Part shown: positions 39,123 through 48,659 of the stretch, piece by piece
Layout: each line of letters begins with the position of its first letter
Position numbering within the stretch: position 1 is the first letter of the stretch
DNA from: Acidimicrobiia bacterium
Lineage (GTDB): Bacteria; Actinomycetota; Acidimicrobiia; Spongiisociales; ZC4RG35
Length of the DNA: 64,000 bases
Assembly (NCBI GenBank): GCA_041744375.1
Contig: JBGTLA010000130.1
Location: 11,443 to 75,442 of the forward strand
Direction of reading: 5' to 3'
Notes under the pieces: generated by a model
Told to the model about the DNA's origin: nothing
What the model saw: only the letters and a program-made list of their open reading frames with translations
The model's database searches: none
Translations under genes and position numbers: made by a program

Positions 39123-40344
39123 GGTGCTGGTCATCAGAGACTGCCGGGCGGTAGATGAGCGGGGAGATCGCGACGGACTTGTGGACATCGTCCTCGAAGG
39201 CGGTCGCATCGCTGAGATCCGGTCGGCGGGAAAGGCCAGGATACCGAAAGGCGCCCGTGAGTACCCGGGAGACGGAGCCACCGTGGTACCCGGACTGGTG
39301 AACATGCACGAGCACCTGGGCAACGCCCATCCCGGCACCTTGGAGGAGGAGGCCATCGCCGGCGAGGACGACACGGCCCGGGTGGTACGCATGGCTGGCA
39401 ACGCCCAGAAGGCGCTCCGGGTTGGGGTCACCACCATGCGCCTGGTCGGAGAGAAAGGGGGTCTCGAGGTACGGGTGCGCGACGGCATTGAGATGGGGAT
39501 CATCGAGGGGCCTCGGATTCGCACCGCCGGCGCCCCCCTCGACTTCAGAGGCGGCCATGGCGGAACCGTGGGCGCTCTGGAGGGCGAGTCGGCCGAGGAG
39601 TACGGACGTCTCGCCAGGGAGGTGATCGACTCGGGCGCTGACCTGCTCAAGCTGATGATCTGCGGAGGTGGGGCAGGCCAGGACCTCGACAACGTGCGTA
39701 TGCCCCTCGAGGACTTCCAGGCTATCCGGGCCGCCGCCCGCGAAGCCGGAGTGAGGATGGCGCTCCACACTGCCGCCATCGACCACCCCATCATGGACGT
39801 CCTGCTCGATGACGGAGTGGACTCTCTGGAGCACTGCTACCGCCTCCCCGACCACATCTTGGAGCGCTGCCTGGCCCAAGACATCCTTCTGGTGATGACC
39901 CCCCTGGTCGGACGTTCTCCCGAGTACTTTCAGACCATCCGGCTCGCACCCGACATGGTGGAGAACCTCAACGAGGCCGGAAAGAGCCACTGGCCGGCGA
40001 TCCGCAAGGCGGTGGAAAAGGGCGCCCGCCTCGCCCTGGGCACCGACTTCCATTCTCACCTGGAGTTCGGGAGCACCTCGGCACCGGTGCGGGAGTTGGA
40101 GGTGTACGAGGAAGCGGGGGTGCAACCCACCGCCCTGCTCGCCCTGGCCAGCAGGAACGGAGCCTCATGGCTCGGCCTGGGAGACCAACTAGGTCTGGTG
40201 GAAGAGGGTTTCCTCGCCGACCTACTGGTCCTCGAGGAGAGCCCCCTCGAAAAGGGGGCGTCTGCCTTCCGCAACATGCGCCAAGTCATTGCTAGGGGAC
40301 GGCTCTACGAAACCAGGCCGCCCGAACCCCCGCCCGGGGCCTGA
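39115..40344 (+). CDS. Amidohydrolase (Xaa-Pro dipeptidase/prolidase-like)
   Basis: PGLVNMHEH, GVTTMR, KLM, EHC, LGTD and ADLLV motifs. Confidence 0.88.
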   Translation: MDEVLVIRDCRAVDERGDRDGLVDIVLEGGRIAEIRSAGKARIPKGAREYPGDGATVVPGLVNMHEHLGNAHPGTLEEEAIAGEDDTARVVRMAGNAQKALRVGVTTMRLVGEKGGLEVRVRDGIEMGIIEGPRIRTAGAPLDFRGGHGGTVGALEGESAEEYGRLAREVIDSGADLLKLMICGGGAGQDLDNVRMPLEDFQAIRAAAREAGVRMALHTAAIDHPIMDVLLDDGVDSLEHCYRLPDHILERCLAQDILLVMTPLVGRSPEYFQTIRLAPDMVENLNEAGKSHWPAIRKAVEKGARLALGTDFHSHLEFGSTSAPVRELEVYEEAGVQPTALLALASRNGASWLGLGDQLGLVEEGFLADLLVLEESPLEKGASAFRNMRQVIARGRLYETRPPEPPPGA

Positions 40345-41342
40345 GGGCTTTCGCCTCCGGCCCAGGATTTCTCTGCCTGCAGCCAGCAGGCACATCTCCG
40401 TCGTTCGCCAACGTCGAGCAGCGCCGGCTCCTCCACCGGGCATCTCTCGAAGGCATGCTTGCATCGGGGGTGGAAGCGGCAGCCCGTGGGAGGAATGGCT
40501 GGATCAGGGATGTCCCCGGCGAGCGCTTCGGGGAGTGTGCCCAGGCCGTCGTGAGCTGGCGCCGCGGCGATCAGTGCCTGGCTATACGGGTGGAGAGGCT
40601 GGGCCCAAAGCTGGTCTGTCGAGGCCGACTCGACCACCTTCCCCAGGTACATCACGGTGACCACATCGGCCACCTGACGAACGATGGCCAAGTCGTGGGA
40701 GATGAAGAGGATGCCGATCCCCAGGTCTCGGGCCAGCTCGGCCAGCAGATTGGATATTTGCGCCTGTGCCGACGCGTCAAGGGCGGAAATTGGCTCGTCA
40801 GCGATGATCACCGTGGGGTCGGCCACCAGGGAGCGGGCCACACAGATCCGCTGCCGCTGCCCTCCGCTGAAGTCGCTGGGGTAACGCTTGGTTGCCGCCT
40901 CCGGCAACCCGACCCGCTCCAATGCCACCAGGATCCGGCGGTCGCGATCAGGAGAAGGCGTGTCCTGAGAGCGGCGTAGGGCGTCGGCGAGCTGGTCGCC
41001 CACGGTGCGGCGCGGGTTGAGGGAGGCATGGGCATCCTGGAAGATCATCTGCAGTCGGCGGAAATGCCGGGGCCGTGGCCTCAGACCCAGGGGCTTCACC
41101 GGCTTCCCCTCGAAATCGATGCTTCCCGAGGTGATCCCCACCAGGCCGGTCGCCGCCCGTCCCAGAGTCGACTTGCCGCACCCCGACTCGCCCACCAGTC
41201 CGTGAACCTGACCACGGAGCACATCGAGGCTCATCCCGGCCAGGGCTCGTACGCTCGGCATGTGTTTCCGCTTGTACTCCACGACCACGTCGCGCGCTCG
41301 CAGTGCCACCTCCTTGCTATCGAGCTCGAACTGGCCGCTCAA
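40305..41342 (-). CDS. Oligopeptide ABC transporter ATP-binding protein (DppF/OppF-like)
   Basis: GESGCGKST, FSGGQRQR, HPYSQAL and GCRFHPRC motifs. Confidence 0.92.
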   Translation of the reverse strand: MSGQFELDSKEVALRARDVVVEYKRKHMPSVRALAGMSLDVLRGQVHGLVGESGCGKSTLGRAATGLVGITSGSIDFEGKPVKPLGLRPRPRHFRRLQMIFQDAHASLNPRRTVGDQLADALRRSQDTPSPDRDRRILVALERVGLPEAATKRYPSDFSGGQRQRICVARSLVADPTVIIADEPISALDASAQAQISNLLAELARDLGIGILFISHDLAIVRQVADVVTVMYLGKVVESASTDQLWAQPLHPYSQALIAAAPAHDGLGTLPEALAGDIPDPAIPPTGCRFHPRCKHAFERCPVEEPALLDVGERRRCACWLQAEKSWAGGESPQAPGGGSGGLVS

Positions 41343-42331
41343 CCTTCGACTCCAAGGAGCGCCCTGCCGGCGAATGGGGCAACCGGACAGGCGGAGAGCC
41401 GGGCGCCGGATAGCGGCATAAGGCTCGGGACCTCGATCGAACAGGACTCCTCGGCGTACTGACAACGAGGGTGGAAGGAACAGCCGGGCGGCCGGGCATC
41501 GGGCGTGGCTGCGGTGCCGGGGATAGGCTGGAGTTGCCGACCTTGCTGTTGGGGATCGGGCAGCGCCATCAGAAGGTTCTTGGTGTAGGGATGCTGCGGG
41601 TCCTGTAGGAGAGGTTTCGTAGGACCCATCTCCGCCACCCGCCCTGCGTAAAAGACCGCCAGGCGGTCGGCCAGGCTCGACATCACCCCCAAGTCGTGAG
41701 TTACCAAGATCACGGCCATCCCTCGGTCACGGCGTATCTGGTCGAGGAGACGGAGAATCCCGGCCTGCACGGTGACGTCGAGGGCGGTGGTGGGCTCATC
41801 TGCGACAAGCAGCTTGGGCTCACAAGCCAGAGCCATGGCGATAACGATGCGCTGTCGCATGCCGCCCGAGAACTGGTGCGGGTGCGCTTCGATAGCGCGG
41901 CGGGCATTGGGGATGCGGACCTCCTCGAGCAACGAGACAGCCCTGACCCGTGCAGCCCTCCGCCCCAGACCGAGATGGCGGCGCATGTGCTCCGTGAGCT
42001 GGCGCTCGATGGACACCATGGGATGCAGAGTGGTCATCGGGTCCTGGAAGACCACGCCCACCTCTCTACCACGGACCTGCTGCAGCTGACGTCGGCCCAG
42101 CGTCAAGAGATCCCGCCCGCCGAATGTCGCCGAACCGGTAACGACAGCGTTGGGGGGGATCAGTCCCAGCAGAGCGAGCACTGTCATCGTCTTGCCGCTT
42201 CCGCTCTCCCCGGCGATCCCCAGCACCTCGCCCGACCGAACGTCGAAATCGACCCCATCTACGATGGTCATCGGCCCGTGCGCACCCGGAATCCGGATCC
42301 GCAAGCCCCTGACGGAGAGCAGCTGATCCAT
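41339..42331 (-). CDS. Oligopeptide ABC transporter ATP-binding protein (DppD/OppD-like)
   Basis: GESGSGKT, FQDPM, FSGGMRQR and ADEPTTALD motifs. Confidence 0.92.
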   Translation of the reverse strand: MDQLLSVRGLRIRIPGAHGPMTIVDGVDFDVRSGEVLGIAGESGSGKTMTVLALLGLIPPNAVVTGSATFGGRDLLTLGRRQLQQVRGREVGVVFQDPMTTLHPMVSIERQLTEHMRRHLGLGRRAARVRAVSLLEEVRIPNARRAIEAHPHQFSGGMRQRIVIAMALACEPKLLVADEPTTALDVTVQAGILRLLDQIRRDRGMAVILVTHDLGVMSSLADRLAVFYAGRVAEMGPTKPLLQDPQHPYTKNLLMALPDPQQQGRQLQPIPGTAATPDARPPGCSFHPRCQYAEESCSIEVPSLMPLSGARLSACPVAPFAGRALLGVEG

Positions 42332-43224
42332 CAGCGAATTGCCCGGGTGATCTTGGGGTCGAGCGTGTCTCGGAAGCTGTCCCCGATGAAGTTGAAGGCG
42401 AGCACGGCGCTGAGGATGGCCAGCCCGGGAAATAGTCCCACCCACCAGCGGTTGAAGGCCAGAGCCCCCGACGCAACCATCGCCCCCCACTCCGGGTAGG
42501 GCGGCTGGGCACCCAGCCCTAGAAACGACAGTCCGGCCAGCCAGAGCGTGGCGTTTCCCAGCTCCAGCATGGCGAGCACCGTGATCGGGCCCGCCACGTT
42601 GGGGAGAATCTCAGAGAAGAGGGCCTCCCGTGACGACGCTCCGGTGAGCCGGCTGGCCAGGACGTACTCCATCTCCCGGGCGGACAGGACCAGGCTCCTC
42701 ATCACCCGAGCGTAAATGGGCCAGGCCACCACCACCACAGCGAGGACGGCGTTTCTCAAACTCGGTCCCAGGGCCGCTGCCACCGCCATGGCGAGGATGA
42801 TCGCCGGGAAGGCGAACACCAGGTCGGCGAATCGCATGATGGCCTCGTCGACCAGTCCAGAGAGATAACCGGCGATGCCGCCCAGGAGGGAGCCGACCAC
42901 AGATGCCAGGGCAACCAGCATCACGGCCAGCGGAAGGGTGATGCGCGACCCGTGGATCACCCGCGAAAAGACGTCTCTCCCCAGCTGGTCAGTTCCGAAC
43001 CAGTGCTCGGCGGAGGGAGGTGCATAGATGTCGGCGGTCTGCTGCAGCGGCCCATAGGGGGCGATCCAGGGGGCGAAGAGGGCGGCCAGCACCCAACCGG
43101 CCACTATGAAAAGCCCGACCACTGCCAGGGGCCGACGCCATACCGATCGGAAGGCCACCCTCTGACGCTTCGCCAGGAGCCGATCGGCGCGGTCATCGGC
43201 GCTTTCCATCTCGCCCCCGGTCAT
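42331..43224 (-). CDS. Oligopeptide ABC permease (DppC/OppC-like)
   Basis: HWFGTDQLGRDVFSR, LSFLGLG, PEWG and FNFIGD motifs. Confidence 0.92.
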   Translation of the reverse strand: MTGGEMESADDRADRLLAKRQRVAFRSVWRRPLAVVGLFIVAGWVLAALFAPWIAPYGPLQQTADIYAPPSAEHWFGTDQLGRDVFSRVIHGSRITLPLAVMLVALASVVGSLLGGIAGYLSGLVDEAIMRFADLVFAFPAIILAMAVAAALGPSLRNAVLAVVVVAWPIYARVMRSLVLSAREMEYVLASRLTGASSREALFSEILPNVAGPITVLAMLELGNATLWLAGLSFLGLGAQPPYPEWGAMVASGALAFNRWWVGLFPGLAILSAVLAFNFIGDSFRDTLDPKITRAIR

Positions 43225-43246
43225 GAAATTCAACTCAGTCCTCCCA

Positions 43247-44275
43247 TCAACTCAGCCTTATCCGCGGATCGATCACGGCATAGAGGAGGTCCACCACGAA
43301 GTTGATGACGATGTACAGCATCGCCACAAACACCGTAATCCCCATGATTGCCGGCAGATCCAAGGAGATTGCGCTCAGGTAGGCGTACTGGCCCAGCCCG
43401 GGGAAGGCGAAGATCGACTCGACAAACACCGTTCCAGAGAGGAGGACCCCGAACACAACCCCGGACACCGTCGTGATAGGGACCAGGGCGGCCCTCAGCA
43501 CGTGGCGGAAGGCGACTGATATCCCGGAAAGGCCCTTGGCCCGGGCCGTCCTCACGAAGTCCTCGCCCAGGGCCTCGAGCACCGCCGATCGCGAAAACCG
43601 AGTGATCAGACTGACGGCGTAGATGCTGAGGACAAGTGCCGGCAGCAGCAGATAGGCTGTGGCCGTTCGGAGGAGCCTCCAGTCACCCGCCAGGGCGGCG
43701 TCGACGCTGAAGGCCCCGGTGACGGTGGGCGGGGGGAGCATCCCTGGAGGGAGCCTTCCGGTGCCCGTCATCAGGCCAAACTGCACACGCGCCAGGTAGA
43801 AAACGACCAGGGCGACCCAGAAAATCGGCATCGACACCCCGACCAGGGAAATCACACGGATCACCTGGTCAGGCAGCCGGTTGTGGAAGATGCCGGCCAC
43901 CGTCCCGGCTGCCACCCCCACCGTCAACGCCAGGATCGTGGCTAGCAATGCCAACTCCATGGAGGCGGGTGCGTGTTTGGCCAGCTCATCGAGCACCGGC
44001 AGCCGGGTGCGTCGGGAGGTACCGAGGTCCCCCTGCACCAGATTCGTCATGTAGGTGAAGTACTGGACAGGCACGGGATCATCTAGCCGGTAATGCTCGC
44101 GGTACCGGGCCACCGCCACAGGGTCGGACATCCCTGCCTCACCGAGGAGCGACAGAAGGGGGTTACTCGGCACCAAGCTGGTGAGGGTGAAGGTGACCAT
44201 CGTCACGCCCACCAAGAGGATCACGGCCGCCACCAACCGGCGAATGACAAACCGGCGAAGATTGGCGGCTGCCAT
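43247..44275 (-). CDS. Oligopeptide ABC permease (DppB/OppB-like)
   Basis: QGDLG, FVRTARAKGL, ESIFAFPGLG and DPRIR motifs. Confidence 0.92.
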   Translation of the reverse strand: MAAANLRRFVIRRLVAAVILLVGVTMVTFTLTSLVPSNPLLSLLGEAGMSDPVAVARYREHYRLDDPVPVQYFTYMTNLVQGDLGTSRRTRLPVLDELAKHAPASMELALLATILALTVGVAAGTVAGIFHNRLPDQVIRVISLVGVSMPIFWVALVVFYLARVQFGLMTGTGRLPPGMLPPPTVTGAFSVDAALAGDWRLLRTATAYLLLPALVLSIYAVSLITRFSRSAVLEALGEDFVRTARAKGLSGISVAFRHVLRAALVPITTVSGVVFGVLLSGTVFVESIFAFPGLGQYAYLSAISLDLPAIMGITVFVAMLYIVINFVVDLLYAVIDPRIRLS

Positions 44276-44439
44276 GGCTACCAGCCTCAGGTCCCGTTCA
44301 TACGGCTTTGGCCGTACCGTGTGGCCAGCTGAATGTCACCTGCGGGACAGTAGTGTCCCGCCATTCCGAAGAATCCTGGCGGGAACTAAGGAGCGCCCCT
44401 TGGTCGGGACGCTGGCCTGGGCCAATATGCTGCACATCG

Positions 44440-44453
44440 ATTAATTTACTGGA
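44440..44453. promoter_or_regulatory. Putative XRE-cupin operator D (minus strand TCCAGTAAATTAAT)
   Basis: Shares TTCCAGTAAATT with site A and has the same downstream TGCAGCATA(C/T)TG block; in the divergent dppB/Rid region. Confidence 0.55.
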
Positions 44454-44525
44454 ACGGTTCTCCCCCAGCAACGTCCCATCCGGGATTGGGCCAAAAGCGA
44501 GAACTCAAGCGATAGAGGAGAGAAA

Positions 44526-44918
44526 ATGACCACCCAACGCTTCTGGTCCGGCTCCCCTTGGGAGTCCAAGGCCGGCTACTGCCGGGCGATACGGGTAGAC
44601 GACCGGATATGGGTGTCGGGAACCGGGCCGTTCCGCGACGGGGAGCTGGTCCACCCCGGCGATCCGGCCCGGCAGGCGGAGCGGTGCTTCGAAATCGTCC
44701 TTGAAGCGCTCGCCGAATTGGGCTCCGCTCCCGAACACGTCGTGGCGGTACGCATGTATGTAACCGACATCGGCGCCGCCGCCGAGTTCTCCGAAGCTCA
44801 TCGGCGGGCGTTTGGCGCGTACCCGCCGACGTCCACTCTCATACAGGTATCGGCGCTGGTCCACCCCGAGATGCTCATTGAGGTCGAGGCTGAGGCGATA
44901 GTCCGCGAGGCAGTCTGA
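44526..44918 (+). CDS. Rid (YjgF/YER057c/UK114) family protein
   Basis: SGSPWE..GYCRA, VSGT and LIEVEAEA motifs; PTST where RidA has PAR. Confidence 0.88.
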   Translation: MTTQRFWSGSPWESKAGYCRAIRVDDRIWVSGTGPFRDGELVHPGDPARQAERCFEIVLEALAELGSAPEHVVAVRMYVTDIGAAAEFSEAHRRAFGAYPPTSTLIQVSALVHPEMLIEVEAEAIVREAV

Positions 44919-44923
44919 AAGCA

Positions 44924-45715
44924 CTACCAGCGGGGCAAGGCGTCCAGGAAGCCGTCAATGGCGTCGGCGGTCATCTGAAAGGCGTCCCAGAGGACCACGT
45001 GGCCTCCCGGCACCGTCACCTCCTCGAGCCTGCGTTCCAGCCTGGTCCGCAGCAGATCTCGCTGCGGGTCCGTGACTAAGCCAGAGTCGCGCCCCGTGAT
45101 CAGCAGGGTGGGAACCACCGTAAGCGGTGGCAGCTCGGTGGCGCACTCCCCCCAGGCGGTGACCGCCGCCGCCTGCTCGTACCTAAGTCGAAAGCGCCCA
45201 TCGTGAGAGGACACCAAGTGGATCTCGGCCTCCTCCTCCAGGTAGGGCCGGGAGCTCTCACGAACAAATCCCGACTCGATGCGCTCGGCGATGGCATCTT
45301 CCCTGTTTCGGTAGACCCTCTCCGGCCTCTCCGAGTCGGCCCCCTCTCGGGCCCGCGCCGGGGAGAGCTGGATGGCGGGGTCGAGGAGCACCGTCCCGGC
45401 AACACGTTCGGGGTCGGTGGCACAGGCCTCTAGGGCGAGGCGGCCTCCGAAGGAGTGACCAATCCACACCGCCGCTCCAATCCCCAGGGTGTCCATTGTC
45501 TCGCGAACGTCGCCCAAGTGGATGCCGATGCCCCATGGGGGGTCGAAGGTGGAGCGGCCATGGCCCCGCAGGTCGAGGGCTACCACATGAAAGCGGTCGG
45601 CGAGCCGCTCCTCGGCCAGCTTCCTGAAGCGGAGGCCGTAGGCCCGTATGCCGTGGAGGCAAATCACCGGAGGGTGGGCCGGATCCCCCCAGGTGTAGCT
45701 GGCGAGTACCGTCAT
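44924..45715 (-). CDS. Alpha/beta fold hydrolase
   Basis: CLHG, DLRGHGRS, GHSFGG and GGHV motifs; TATATT-N6-ATG suggests a leaderless start at 45715. Confidence 0.9.
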   Translation of the reverse strand: MTVLASYTWGDPAHPPVICLHGIRAYGLRFRKLAEERLADRFHVVALDLRGHGRSTFDPPWGIGIHLGDVRETMDTLGIGAAVWIGHSFGGRLALEACATDPERVAGTVLLDPAIQLSPARAREGADSERPERVYRNREDAIAERIESGFVRESSRPYLEEEAEIHLVSSHDGRFRLRYEQAAAVTAWGECATELPPLTVVPTLLITGRDSGLVTDPQRDLLRTRLERRLEEVTVPGGHVVLWDAFQMTADAIDGFLDALPRW

Positions 45716-45718
45716 GAC

Positions 45719-45732
45719 TTCAATATATTCAC
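45719..45732. promoter_or_regulatory. Putative XRE-cupin operator E (TTCAATATATTCAC)
   Basis: 2 mismatches to the palindrome; overlaps the -10-like element of the hydrolase gene. Confidence 0.55.
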
Positions 45733-46134
45733 CGTCGGCGCAACTTGCTGATCGGTTTCCGGGAGTTGTTCCATGGCGCGTGTTCCGACAGGTCAAGCTC
45801 GGTCGCAAAGGAAGACGACGCCGAAGGCAGAATCTCGTCTGCCGCCTCAGCTGCATCATCGCCGTAACCAAAGAGGACGAAACCCGCCGGCGCCTAGGAG
45901 ATTGTCCCTCCCAAGGTGTGAGGAACTCGAGTTCAGGAGCTTATTGACCCTTCAGACCGTTAGACGGCGCCGCCTCCAGCCAGTTGGGAACGTCAAATCG
46001 CGCCGACTCAAGCCCCCGGTAGTCTGTTGACGCCCCACCAAGATATTTGTTGGCGAAGACGACTTCCCCATCGCTGAAGATCGGAGCATCATGGAAGCGG
46101 CACGCCCCGGACTCGTGTCGCCTGGCTTAGCCTC

Positions 46135-47304
46135 GTGAACTCGCTGAAGACCGCTCTACCGCGGCGCGCGGTCGCGGTGGGTGCCCTTGTGTTGGTCGTA
46201 TCTTCGCTACCCGTGTTCTTCACTGGCGCAATGGCGGTGGAGCTCACAACAGACCTGAGGTTTGGGCCAGTCGGGCTTGGGTCGGCATTCGCATCATTCT
46301 TCGCGGCGTTGGCGGTCAGCTCGATCCACCTGGGCCGGCTTAGCGATCGGTTCGGCGCGATACTGTCCCTGCGGCTCGCCACTCTGGGAACGAGCGTGGC
46401 CACGGCAGGCATCGCCGTTTTCGCGGTCAACTGGCCGACCTTGGTGGCGTGGCTGTTGCTTGCCGGTGTGTCGGCCGCGCTGGCCCAGCCAGCCGCAAAC
46501 AGCCTGGTGTTTAACCGAGTGCGTTCGGAGCGATTGGGTTTGGCATTCGGGGTGATGCAGTCCGCGCCGCCGTTGGCATCAATGCTGGCGGGCTTAGCCG
46601 TTCCCGTTGTAGCGCTCACACTTAGCTGGCGCTGGGCGTACGGCATCGCGGCCGGGTGGGCACTGCTGATGGTGCCTGCGGTTGGGAAAGGTTCGGGGTT
46701 GCGGCTTCGCGACCGACGCGACAGTGGCAGCCGTCAGCCTTTGCGGGACCGCTCTCTGTTGGTGATGATGGGCGGCGGCCTTGGGCTGGCGTTTGCGACC
46801 AGCTCGGCAGCGCTGGGGTTCTTCGTCGACGCAGCTGTGGTCTCAGGCATGCCGCAGCGTGTGGCGGCTCTGGTGCTCGCCACTGCCAGTCTGGCGGCGA
46901 TCGCTGTCCGCTTGATCGCCGGCATCGCGGTTGATCGAAGCGAAGTGCAGCCGTTGCGGGTATGTGCGGTGCTGTTGATCGTCGGCGCGGTTGGTCTCGC
47001 CCTGCTGTCGGTCGGGTCGCCTCCTATCATGGCAACCGGCGCGGTCTTCGGATTGGCCGGAACGTGGGGATTCCCGGGTGTGTTGATGTATGCGCTTGTA
47101 CGCGCCTACCCGCTAACACCGGGCCGGGTCACCGGGGCGATGGCGGTGGCAGCCTTTGGTGCGGTGGCTGGTCCCATTGGCTTCGGTATCCTGGTCGCCG
47201 GCTTCTCATACGAGGCCGCATGGGGGGCGGCCGCGCTTCTGGCGTTGGTGGCTGCTGGGGCGATGGCCCAGGGAGCGCAGCGCCTAGTCGAGGCGGCCTC
47301 GTAG
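46135..47304 (+). CDS. MFS transporter
   Basis: About 12 hydrophobic segments and GRLSDRFG motif A. Confidence 0.88.
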   Translation: MNSLKTALPRRAVAVGALVLVVSSLPVFFTGAMAVELTTDLRFGPVGLGSAFASFFAALAVSSIHLGRLSDRFGAILSLRLATLGTSVATAGIAVFAVNWPTLVAWLLLAGVSAALAQPAANSLVFNRVRSERLGLAFGVMQSAPPLASMLAGLAVPVVALTLSWRWAYGIAAGWALLMVPAVGKGSGLRLRDRRDSGSRQPLRDRSLLVMMGGGLGLAFATSSAALGFFVDAAVVSGMPQRVAALVLATASLAAIAVRLIAGIAVDRSEVQPLRVCAVLLIVGAVGLALLSVGSPPIMATGAVFGLAGTWGFPGVLMYALVRAYPLTPGRVTGAMAVAAFGAVAGPIGFGILVAGFSYEAAWGAAALLALVAAGAMAQGAQRLVEAAS

Positions 47305-47759
47305 TCCCAAGAACCAGATACAGCCACTTCGAGCACACTTGACCTCCAGCCCCGAGAGCCGGTCATCCGCCCTACCGCTTCACTTCAGTCTCGAACCTTG
47401 TTGCCCGCGCACTATTTTCACTCCAGCATGACAACGTCACCATGACCGAGATCGAAGGGTTGTCAGTGGCTCCCGCTACGGACCCTGATGAGGCGTCAGC
47501 AACGATCGGAAGCCTTTGAAGGGTTTCAGGCCATCAGGGTCCGAAACTCAAACGCCGGTAATTCTTGGGCTGGAAGCCCCGGGAGCGGGTTCTCCTGCCA
47601 CCACTCGCACCAAGAGCGACCGATGGCTGAAAGCCAGCGCTCAGATGGTCGACGAACGCAGCCTGGCCCTGGTCCCGATGAGGTCAACAAAGAGCTGCCG
47701 TGATCAGTCCGGCGACACCCCAAGACCAGGGCCCACGCCTTCCCACCTAATCCCTGCTC

Positions 47760-48071
47760 TCAGGGGAGTTTGGAAGCGAGAATGTCGGCAGGAAGAATCT
47801 CAGGATCTTCAGCTAACAGACCAGCGTTGGCGTTCAGCGCTTTGACGATCTCGCCGTCGGCGTGCGCTTGACGTGCTTCCTGAGTGGAGAAGGCATCGAA
47901 GACCCAGAAGGTGTTCGGGCTTGTCGTCGCTGCGAACCAGACTTCCGTGCCCTCTTCGGCATTGGCCAGCTCGACTGCGCCGGTCATTAGATCGCGCAAT
48001 TCGGACTCTTTGCCTGCCCGCGCCTTGATCCTCGCTACGAAGCCGTATGCAAGACTCTCGTGGTGGGTCAT
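47760..48071 (-). CDS. Antibiotic biosynthesis monooxygenase (ABM)-like protein
   Basis: KARAGKE...EEGTEVWFA...FWVFDAF...RQAH pattern; GAAGGAG RBS. Confidence 0.8.
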   Translation of the reverse strand: MTHHESLAYGFVARIKARAGKESELRDLMTGAVELANAEEGTEVWFAATTSPNTFWVFDAFSTQEARQAHADGEIVKALNANAGLLAEDPEILPADILASKLP

Positions 48072-48659
48072 TTCTCCTTCTCTGCTTCCGGGCATCGGAC
48101 CCTACACCCGAAAGCCGGTCACCGCGCTGTCCAGGCGACGGCGTCGGAGACTGGCTGGTTCTGTCAGAAGGGTGATTCATACCAGGATCCATGGAGCATG
48201 ATGAAGGGCCCGAGGCCGAAACAGGGCAAACGACCTAGCCCGACCTCACTTGGTTCGAGAAAGGAAGGCTGCTCTCTGCGCCATTGGCGAGCGCGCGACC
48301 ATCCACCGGCTTTGGCCACCCGTCGAGCGTAGAAGCCGTCTCCTGTACGACAGCGATCATTGAAGAGAGGCCGAGCCTGCAGCTGCCGGTGTTCTCAGTT
48401 GCCCTGTAGCAGGCGGCCAGCGCCGTCGCCGACATCCTCGACCGGCCGCATCTTTCGGCCCGCTACCAGGCCCGACCTTCCACGGCGGGATCGGTGAGGC
48501 GGTGGGAGCCTACGGATTGGGTGTCACCACGTGATCGATTCCGGCTAGAGGGGCCTGGCTTCACTCGACACCGTCAACTGACTCCGATGTAGCCGGAGCC
48601 GCCGACGCCCCAACTCCATCGGCATGCGCTCCACCTCCCCAAGAGCATGAGGGGAAGGT

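Noticed and set aside
45735-46130. Intergenic stretch possibly holding an ncRNA or IS scar
   Set aside because: No recognisable riboswitch, tRNA fold or inverted-repeat pair.
47305-47759. Short ORFs here and at 48100-48650
   Set aside because: No RBS or motif support; probably gene debris.
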